Shown in pieces: positions 18,355 to 24,787 of a DNA stretch of 64,000 bases. Source of the DNA: Candidatus Hadarchaeales archaeon. GTDB taxonomy: Archaea > Hadarchaeota > Hadarchaeia > Hadarchaeales > WYZ-LMO6. Location: positions 1,161-65,160 of the forward strand of contig JAWCKR010000008.1 of NCBI GenBank assembly GCA_038851755.1, read 5' to 3'. The notes beneath the pieces are model-generated. The model was not told the origin of the DNA and ran no database searches. It saw only the letters and a program-made list of their open reading frames with translations. The translations under genes were made by a program, and so were the position numbers. The number at the start of each line of letters is the position of its first letter. Position 1 is the first letter of the stretch.

Positions 18355-18881
18355 CCCCTCTCGAACAGGTAGCACCCGTCCTGGAAGATCCTGGGATCCC
18401 TCCCTCTCACCCTGGTGGCCTGCTCTATGTTGAGCGCCGTCTGCCCCACGTCCTCCCTATCCACCCCCCTCACCACGATTTCGTCTCCCACCACCTCCAC
18501 CTGCGCCCCGCCCATTATCCTCGCCACCCTGGGCACCTTCTCCCCCAAGAGGTTGTGGATGGTCACCCTGTCCCCCTCCACCTTCACCGTGATGGGGAAG
18601 TGGGAGTACACGATCTTGAGCTTGTACACGAAACCCTGCGTCACACCCTTGAAGGCGTTTCGCAGGTGGGCCTTCACGGTACCCGCCATAGCCTTTACCT
18701 TTCGCTTGGTGGAAGGAGAGGAAATCCTGATCTTTCCCCCCTCCACCTTGAGCTCCAGGTCCCTCAGGTTGAAGCTCCTCACGACCTTACCCTTGGGTCC
18801 GCTGACCTCCACCCTGTTGCCCTCCACCTTCACCTCCACGCCTTCCGGGATACCTATCTCCTCCTGAATCATGATCACCAC
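18351..18881 (-). CDS. rpl6: 50S ribosomal protein L6 (uL6)
   Basis: 176 aa with the two-domain L6 pattern, in operon position. Confidence 0.93.
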   Translation of the reverse strand: MVIMIQEEIGIPEGVEVKVEGNRVEVSGPKGKVVRSFNLRDLELKVEGGKIRISSPSTKRKVKAMAGTVKAHLRNAFKGVTQGFVYKLKIVYSHFPITVKVEGDRVTIHNLLGEKVPRVARIMGGAQVEVVGDEIVVRGVDREDVGQTALNIEQATRVRGRDPRIFQDGCYLFERG

Positions 18882-19259
18882 CTAGTACACGTAAGCCAGC
18901 AGCTTTCCTCCTACCCCTCTCTCCCTGGCTTTGGAGAGGGACATGACGCCCTGGGAGGAGGTGATGACGATGGTCCCCAGTCCGCTTGCCGGGAGGAACC
19001 TCTTCTCCCACTTCTCGTACTCCCCCTTCTTCAGGGAGTGCCTGGGCTTTATGGCGCCGCACCTGTTGATCTTCCCCTTGAGTCTCACCCTGAGCTTCTC
19101 TCCCTCCCTCCCGAACCCCTCTATGTACCCTTCCTCCCTGAAGACCTCCAGCACCTCCTCTATCAGCCTGGAGGAGGGATACACTTCCACCTCCCTCTTA
19201 CCCGCCTTCTCGTAATTGTGGATCTTGGAGAGAGCGTTGGCCAGGGGGTCGAGCAACAT
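18882..19259 (-). CDS. rps8: 30S ribosomal protein S8 (uS8)
   Basis: The conserved N-terminus [21 protein letters not shown] starts at 19259. The track extension was rejected. Confidence 0.92.
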   Translation of the reverse strand: MLLDPLANALSKIHNYEKAGKREVEVYPSSRLIEEVLEVFREEGYIEGFGREGEKLRVRLKGKINRCGAIKPRHSLKKGEYEKWEKRFLPASGLGTIVITSSQGVMSLSKARERGVGGKLLAYVY

Positions 19260-19267
19260 CCCCACAC

Positions 19268-19411
19268 CTACTGGTGTTTCTTGAAGCCCAGCCTGGGGGC
19301 GAGCTCCCTGAAGCATCTCCTACAGAGGTAGAGGCCGTACCTGGTGTACACTGGGCCTGACCTCCCGCACCTCCTGCACTTGTGAGCCCCCTTTCCGAAG
19401 ACCCTCTTCAC
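19268..19411 (-). CDS. rps14: 30S ribosomal protein S14 type Z (uS14)
   Basis: [30 protein letters not shown] zinc motif. The GTG at 19411 overlaps the rpl5 stop (GTGA). 47 aa. Confidence 0.88.
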   Translation of the reverse strand: MKRVFGKGAHKCRRCGRSGPVYTRYGLYLCRRCFRELAPRLGFKKHQ

Positions 19412-19908
19412 TCCACCACCGTTACTCCCAACTTCTCGGTCACGAATTTTATGGCTTCCTCCCTCGCCACGGCGTGCGCCCTCGGCACCTTCCCCGGCCT
19501 GCGCCTTCTCCTTTTCACCCTGTAGCCAGGCCTCTCCAGGCTGACGCAGACATCCATCCCGAACATCCCGAGCTCCGGATCGTAACGAACGCCCGGGATG
19601 TCTATGTACTCCCTTATGCCGAAGGAGAAGTTGCCGCTCCCATCGAAGCATCTGGCGGGAAGCCTGTTGTCCACCGCCTGGAGCAACTTCGCCAGCATCT
19701 CCTCCGCCCTCTTCCCCCTGAGGGTGACCTTCACCCCCACGGGCTCCCCCTTTCTCATCCCGAACTCCCTCACGGTCTTCCTCGCCTGAGTACGGGAGGG
19801 CTTTTGCCCCGAGAGCCTCTCCAGGAGGGTTTCCGCCTTCGAGAGTTTTTCGCCTCCCTCACCCACCCCTATGTTGAGGGTGACCTTCTCCACCCTCACC
19901 TCCCTCAT
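19408..19908 (-). CDS. rpl5: 50S ribosomal protein L5 (uL5)
   Basis: 166 aa; [15 protein letters not shown]...[16 protein letters not shown]. Confidence 0.94.
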   Translation of the reverse strand: MREVRVEKVTLNIGVGEGGEKLSKAETLLERLSGQKPSRTQARKTVREFGMRKGEPVGVKVTLRGKRAEEMLAKLLQAVDNRLPARCFDGSGNFSFGIREYIDIPGVRYDPELGMFGMDVCVSLERPGYRVKRRRRRPGKVPRAHAVAREEAIKFVTEKLGVTVVE

Positions 19909-19913
19909 GGGAT

Positions 19914-20606
19914 TCAGGCTCCCACCTCCAGCGGCTTCTCTCCCACGGGAAAGACGTATTCGGGAGGGGCCTGGAACCTCTCACCGTCCCTCTCCAGCTC
20001 CACCCTTCTTCCCTCCACCACGGCGATCCTCCCGCTCCTGCCCACATTCTTTCCCCCCGTCACCAGCGCCCAGATCCCCGGCTGGAGGGGTATCCTCTCG
20101 AGCACCTGGTGCCCGGGGAGGGAGAGCCTCAAGGTGTCACCCACCCTCACCTCCCCGTAGTCCCCCGCCACCGTCTTGCCGTCGTGGAGGGCGAGCTGGA
20201 TCCTGCCACCCTCAAGCGTTCGCTTGCCCACCACCCTGCAGAGCTTGGAGGAGGCCTCCCTGGTGGGGAGGGGTACGAGCCTCCCGTTCCTGTCCACGGA
20301 GATGAGGAAGGAGGTGCCCAGGGAAGGAAGGGACACGAGGTCCATCAAACCCACCGGAAACCTGTGGTCCGTCCTCACCCTCCCGTCCACCAGCACCTTC
20401 CTCCCCGCCAGCACCTTCTTGGCCTCGGAGAGGGTGGAGGTGAGGCCCAGCGTGTCCCTGAGGAGGAGGGAAAGGGGCAGGGACCTGTCGGAGGGGTGGG
20501 GACCGGGACCAGGCTTCACCGCCCAGGGAAAGGACTTCCTTGGCAGCTTCACCGCCCTCGGCACCGCATACCGCCTTAGATGCCTGCCCGGACCTTTCTT
20601 CACCAT
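19914..20606 (-). CDS. rps4e: 30S ribosomal protein S4e
   Basis: GPGRHLRRYAVPR... with S4 and KOW domains. It is the first gene of this ribosomal block. Confidence 0.93.
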   Translation of the reverse strand: MVKKGPGRHLRRYAVPRAVKLPRKSFPWAVKPGPGPHPSDRSLPLSLLLRDTLGLTSTLSEAKKVLAGRKVLVDGRVRTDHRFPVGLMDLVSLPSLGTSFLISVDRNGRLVPLPTREASSKLCRVVGKRTLEGGRIQLALHDGKTVAGDYGEVRVGDTLRLSLPGHQVLERIPLQPGIWALVTGGKNVGRSGRIAVVEGRRVELERDGERFQAPPEYVFPVGEKPLEVGA

Positions 20607-20718
20607 TTCGACCTCTATACTTCCTCTTCCCTCTCTTAAAGGTGCTAACTCCTCCCTTCCCCGGTCCTCCCAGGGCTCATCCCCAAAATTTTTTACTCAC
20701 CTTTCCTCTCCCTCCACG

Positions 20719-20994
20719 ATGGTCAGGGTCAAGTTCTTCGCCAAGTTCAGGGAGCTGGCGGGGACCGGGGAAATGGAGGTGGAGGCGGGAGACGTGCGCT
20801 CCCTCCTCAGGGCCCTCCGGGAGAAAAAAAGGGGGCTGGGGGAGGCCCTGCTGGAGGACTCCGAAAGGATGAGCCTCAGGAAGACCGTGAAGGTGCTGGT
20901 CAACGGAAGGGAGATCCGCTGGCTCAAGGGGCTGGACACACCCCTCGGGGAAAAAGATGTGGTCTACCTCTTCCCCCCCGTGGGTGGGGGATGA
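20719..20994 (+). CDS. MoaD/ThiS-family ubiquitin-like beta-grasp protein (SAMP-like), C-terminal GG
   Basis: 91 aa starting MVRVKFFAKFRELAG and ending ...YLFPPVGGG. The ATG at 20719 lies inside a longer spurious track ORF. TATA-like AAAATTTTTTAC upstream. Confidence 0.8.
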   Translation: MVRVKFFAKFRELAGTGEMEVEAGDVRSLLRALREKKRGLGEALLEDSERMSLRKTVKVLVNGREIRWLKGLDTPLGEKDVVYLFPPVGGG

Positions 20995-21151
20995 GGGCTG
21001 GGGGCGCCGGAGGGAAGGAGCCACCGGTGGATTCGCCAAGCTGTACCCACCGCGTCTGGGTCAGGATCCCCGGGCTGACACTTGGCGGCGGGAAATCCGT
21101 TCAACCAGAAGATTTATATAACCCCATCCGAGGAGGAAGGAGGTGACCTGA

Positions 21152-21466
21152 ATGGAGCTTAAGGACTACCTGGAGATGGTCAGGGGGTTCTACAAGATGG
21201 GCTTTGCCGTGGCAAAGACCACGCTGGACATGATAAAGGTGGCGATGGACAGCTATGTGAACATGTACGAGCTCTACATGCGGAGCTTCCTTCCCTCAGA
21301 GGCCTACGAGAGCATGAAGAAGAGCGTGAGCCTCTACCTGGAGTCCCAGGAGAGGGTTTTCGAGAACTTCAGGAAGCTGGTCGAGAGCTTCGAAAAGCAG
21401 CAGGACGAGGTCTTCAGCAAGTTCGCAGAAATGGCTGAGAAAACGGTACCCAAAAAGCCCCAGTAA
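21152..21466 (+). CDS. hypothetical all-helical protein, possibly phasin-like (PHA granule associated)
   Basis: 104 aa, amphipathic and helical, with lower GC than its neighbours. Strong TATA (GATTTATATAAC) and SD (GGAGGAAGGAGGTGA). The phasin call rests only on adjacency to phaEC-maoC. Confidence 0.4.
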   Translation: MELKDYLEMVRGFYKMGFAVAKTTLDMIKVAMDSYVNMYELYMRSFLPSEAYESMKKSVSLYLESQERVFENFRKLVESFEKQQDEVFSKFAEMAEKTVPKKPQ

Positions 21467-21575
21467 CCCCCTGCGCCACAAGACGTATTCCCGGACCGAT
21501 GGATTGGGAGACTGCGGCTGCTCCCCTTCTGACCCAGCCGGGTGAAGGACTAGGCCGGGCTGCGGAGGCCTGAGG

Positions 21576-22061
21576 TCACCATATCAGCACCTTCACATAT
21601 CCCTCCGCCACGACCTTCTCCCCGACGAAACACTTCACCTCGATCCTGTACCTGTTCTTTTCCTTCTCGCTGACCACACCCTCCACCCTCACCGTGTCCC
21701 CCACCCTCACGGGGGCGAGGTACTTGAAGCCGTCCTCCAGCAGGACCACGGTACCGGGGAGCCTGGCCACGGCCGCCGAGACCAGGCTCGCGGTCAGCAT
21801 CCCGTGAACGACCCTCCCTCCGAACCTCGTCCTCGCGGCGGCTTCCTCGTCGAAGTGTATGGGGTTCAGGTCACCGGAAGCCAGGCCGAAGAAAGCCACA
21901 TCGGCCCCGGTCAGTTTCTTCTCGTAGGTTATCCTGGAGCCCACTTCCAGCTCCACGCTGAACTTCTCAAACTCCTTCAGCTCACCCCCCGCACCGGAGT
22001 AGAACCTGGAGAACTCCTTCAGTCCGATCTCTCCACCACCCATCCAATCGCCTCCGGCCAT
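21576..22061 (-). CDS. MaoC-like (R)-specific enoyl-CoA hydratase (PhaJ-type)
   Basis: Hot-dog fold motif ASGDLNPIHFDEEAAARTRFGGRVVHGML. The start may be an internal Met. Overlaps the phaC 3' end. Confidence 0.8.
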   Translation of the reverse strand: MAGGDWMGGGEIGLKEFSRFYSGAGGELKEFEKFSVELEVGSRITYEKKLTGADVAFFGLASGDLNPIHFDEEAAARTRFGGRVVHGMLTASLVSAAVARLPGTVVLLEDGFKYLAPVRVGDTVRVEGVVSEKEKNRYRIEVKCFVGEKVVAEGYVKVLIW

Positions 22062-22996
22062 ATCTTCGCGTGGGAGGAGCGGCTCACCGTCAGCCCTATG
22101 TGCCCCTTGTCCGAGAGGAGCATCTTCTTGTCCTGTGAGGGAACGGCCTCGAAGAAGGGGAGGACGCTCTCCGGAGGCGTTATGTGGTCCTTGGCGGCCG
22201 CCAGGACCAGCAGGGGCATCTTTATCTGGCCCAGGTCGACCCTCCTCCCCCCCACCGTGAACTTACCTTCTATCACCTCGTTCCTGTGATACCAGCGGGT
22301 GATGTACTCCTCGTACACCTTGCCGGCCACGGCAGGGGAGTCGAAAATCCAGTGATCCATGTAGAAAAAGTCCTTGACGCTCTTTTCATCCTCCAGGCTG
22401 TCGAGCAAGGACTGGTATTTCCCTATAACGAGCCTGACCGGATCGACGAGGAGGAAAGCCACGTTCAAGAAGTCGCCGGTAGCATTGAACAGCGCCCTTG
22501 AAACCTTGCCCGGGTCTATGCTCCTCGCCCAGACGGCCACGGTGTTCTGGGTGTTGAAGTTGATAGGCGGGGTCTGGATGACGAGATTCCTGACCTTCTC
22601 GGGATGTAGGGCTGCGTAGATGACCGACAGGGTGCTCCCCAGGCAGTAACCCCACAGCGTGACTTTATCGGTGCCCGTCCTTTCACCGACCTTTCCGACA
22701 CACGTGTCGATGAACTCCACGTAGTCCTCAAGCTTCAGGTGCCTGTCCGCGAGGGAGGGGTAGCCCCAGTCTATCATCCACACGTCCAGGCGCGCCTCCA
22801 GCAGCAGCTTTATCACGCTCACGTCACGGTGGAGGTCCAGCACGTACGGACGGTTGATGAAGGCGTAGCTCACCAGCACCGGCGTTTTATGCCCTACCTC
22901 GCCCCTGAACCTGTGCAACTTGAAAGGGGCGTCCTCGTAAACCGTCTCGTACTCACAGGGACCGGGCTTTATCCCTTTAATCTTCTCCACTATCAC
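22019..22996 (-). CDS. phaC: poly(3-hydroxyalkanoate) synthase, class III PhaC subunit
   Basis: 325 aa alpha/beta hydrolase with lipase-box-like WGYCLGS (Cys nucleophile). N-terminal pattern PVLVSYAFINRPYVLDL...DVWMIDWGYP. Late Asp and GHIGL His. Confidence 0.82.
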   Translation of the reverse strand: MIVEKIKGIKPGPCEYETVYEDAPFKLHRFRGEVGHKTPVLVSYAFINRPYVLDLHRDVSVIKLLLEARLDVWMIDWGYPSLADRHLKLEDYVEFIDTCVGKVGERTGTDKVTLWGYCLGSTLSVIYAALHPEKVRNLVIQTPPINFNTQNTVAVWARSIDPGKVSRALFNATGDFLNVAFLLVDPVRLVIGKYQSLLDSLEDEKSVKDFFYMDHWIFDSPAVAGKVYEEYITRWYHRNEVIEGKFTVGGRRVDLGQIKMPLLVLAAAKDHITPPESVLPFFEAVPSQDKKMLLSDKGHIGLTVSRSSHAKIWPEAIGWVVERSD

Positions 22997-23906
22997 GAGA
23001 TCCCCTCTCCAACCGAGAAACCTTCTTTTCGAGCTCCGAAACCCTTCTCTTGAGCTCCAGTATCCTCTTGAAGGCCTCGTCGAGCATCGAGACCGTGGCG
23101 AAGGGATTCATCGGGTTCGACTCGAGCATCTCCTCCGAGAACCTGCGGTAGAAGTAGATGTAGTCCATCAGGTTGTCCAGCATTGACCTCTGGACCCTGA
23201 GGTAAGCCTCCGACTTCAGCACCTCGTCGAAGGCCTGGGCCTCGAAGTTGGAGAAGGCCCCGGCGAAGGTCTGGTACTCCTCGAACCTGCTCCGGTTGGC
23301 CTCCTCTATGAACCTCTCCGCCGCCCTCACGTAGGTCTCCTTTATGATCTTCCTGTATTCCCTGAAGGCCTCCGAGAACTTCTCCCAGTGCTCGACGGAC
23401 TTCTCCAGATTCGTCAGGACGCTCTTCGGAAGCAGGAAGGGATATTCCACCGGGTAGCCAGAAAAGTCCATCCTCGGACTCTCTATTCTATCCCGGTAAG
23501 TCCGGATGAATTCCCTGAAGACATCCACCGTCGAAGCGGGAAGAACCCTCCCCAGCATCAGCTCCGAGGTCAGCCTGAGGTGATCGAGCCAGCTCTTCAG
23601 GAAATCGGAGTAGGCCCTGAAGGTCTCATTCTGTGACTCCATGAGCCCGAAGTCGAACATGAAGAACAGAAACCTCAGCTGCCTGGCCCCGTGAACGGCG
23701 GTCTCGAGCGGACGGAAGAAGAAGCGGAAGAACTCTTCGAAAATACCGTCGAAGTTCCCGTCGTAGGAGAGCTTCAGACCGGCGACGTGCTTGGCGTGGA
23801 GGATTCGGAGGTGCTCCCTGATCTTCAGGTTCCTCAGCAGGAGCTCGAAGGACTCCTTCGGGGCCTCCCTGAAGAGTTCGATCAGCTCATCCCTTGGTAA
23901 GGCCAT
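22977..23906 (-). CDS. phaE: putative PHA synthase class III PhaE subunit
   Basis: 309-aa helical protein immediately upstream of phaC and overlapping it by 20 nt. C-terminal coiled coil (LELKRRVSELEKKVSRLE). Assigned mainly from gene order. Confidence 0.5.
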   Translation of the reverse strand: MALPRDELIELFREAPKESFELLLRNLKIREHLRILHAKHVAGLKLSYDGNFDGIFEEFFRFFFRPLETAVHGARQLRFLFFMFDFGLMESQNETFRAYSDFLKSWLDHLRLTSELMLGRVLPASTVDVFREFIRTYRDRIESPRMDFSGYPVEYPFLLPKSVLTNLEKSVEHWEKFSEAFREYRKIIKETYVRAAERFIEEANRSRFEEYQTFAGAFSNFEAQAFDEVLKSEAYLRVQRSMLDNLMDYIYFYRRFSEEMLESNPMNPFATVSMLDEAFKRILELKRRVSELEKKVSRLERGSRDSGED

Positions 23907-23986
23907 CTTCTACCAAACAAACCTCTATTTAAAAACTTAACCTGCTGCGGGCTGAGCCAACAGAAGAAGGTACCGGTCCCATGAGG

Positions 23987-24036
23987 AAACCGCTAAATCT
24001 TCATCCCTCCAACTTCGACGATGCCCAGGGTGGAGG
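23987..24036 (+). repeat. copy 1 of a duplicated promoter/5' module (CGCTAAAT ... ATGCCCAGGGTG)
   Basis: About 75% identical by eye to 24475..24524. The 23-nt spacing between CGCTAAAT and ATGCCCAGGGTG is the same in both copies. Confidence 0.6.
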
Positions 24037-24101
24037 CCAGCCCTTGCTGGGAGGGGGCCTGGCCTGCCTCTTTCCAACGACGGGAGGTGGGTGGAGGATG
24101 A
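24021..24101 (+). other. 26-codon upstream ORF (MPRVEASPCWEGAWPASFQRREVGGG), stop overlapping the next ATG
   Basis: It starts with the same ATGCCCAGGGTG as the 24509 gene. Its TGA overlaps the ATG at 24098 (ATGA). Likely a remnant or leader ORF; translation is unproven. Confidence 0.3.
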
Positions 24102-24304
24102 AGGTAAGGGTGAGGCTGCTGGAGGAGCTGGAGGAGAGGGAAGTGGAGCTGCCGGGGGGCTCCACCGTGGTGGATTTGCTCTCGGCGCTTGGGCTCAAGG
24201 GACAAGGAGTGGTGGTGATAAGGGAAAGGAAGGTGCTCAAGGAGGAGGAGGAACTCAGGGAGAACGACCTGATAAGGATTCTCCCCGTAGCCATCGGTGG
24301 GTAA
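24098..24304 (+). CDS. ThiS/MoaD-family ubiquitin-like beta-grasp protein (SAMP-like), C-terminal GG
   Basis: 68 aa starting MKVRVRLLEE and ending ...IRILPVAIGG. SD GGAGGTGGGTGGAGG upstream. The track ORF start at 23981 was rejected. Confidence 0.75.
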   Translation: MKVRVRLLEELEEREVELPGGSTVVDLLSALGLKGQGVVVIRERKVLKEEEELRENDLIRILPVAIGG

Positions 24305-24474
24305 AGCCGGCTACGAGTTGCAAGGCCTGCGGGGATAGACTGGCTGAAACGGGACTTGGTGCAACCCCTCGGGTCACCGGGCACGACCCCCGGACCATCG
24401 GCAAGATCCCCAGCGGAAGGCTTGCCCGAGAAGGACAACATGACCATCGAACGGGCCTGGGGAGGCAGGGAAGG

Positions 24475-24524
24475 AAATCGCTAAATTCTTCTTCTTCCAA
24501 GTCCTTCAATGCCCAGGGTGAGGG
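24475..24524 (+). repeat. copy 2 of the duplicated promoter/5' module
   Basis: GAAATCGCTAAATTCTTCTTCTTCCAAGTCCTTCAATGCCCAGGGTGAGG. Here the ATG is the start of the MoaD-like CDS. Confidence 0.6.
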
Positions 24525-24787
24525 TCAAACCGGGACTCGTTCTCACGGAGAGAATAGCGGGGGAAGTGGAGGCGGAGGGAAGAACGGTGGGGGAGGTGTT
24601 GAGGGAGTTCGAAAGAAGGTTCAGGAAAGAGCTTGAGGAGCTGGGGGGCCTCGGAAAGGATGGGAGGCTCCTCCCCTCCTTCATCCTGCTCCTGAACGGT
24701 AGAAACGTGAAACTGCTGGAGGGGGAGGAGACGAGGGTGAAGGAGGGTGACTTGCTGATGATCCTCCCTCCGGCCGCTGGTGGTTGA
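24509..24787 (+). CDS. MoaD-family ubiquitin-like beta-grasp protein (SAMP-like), C-terminal GG
   Basis: 92 aa ending ...LLMILPPAAGG. Its stop abuts the ATG of the AOR-family gene (GGTGGTTGAATG). Confidence 0.8.
   Translation: MPRVRVKPGLVLTERIAGEVEAEGRTVGEVLREFERRFRKELEELGGLGKDGRLLPSFILLLNGRNVKLLEGEETRVKEGDLLMILPPAAGG

Noticed and set aside
24305-24474. Moco/Tuco riboswitch upstream of the MoaD-like/AOR genes
   Set aside because: The location is attractive, but I cannot match the conserved Moco-motif core from memory, and that riboswitch class is known from bacteria. Without a covariance-model scan this is unsupported. The spacer is reported only as unexplained.
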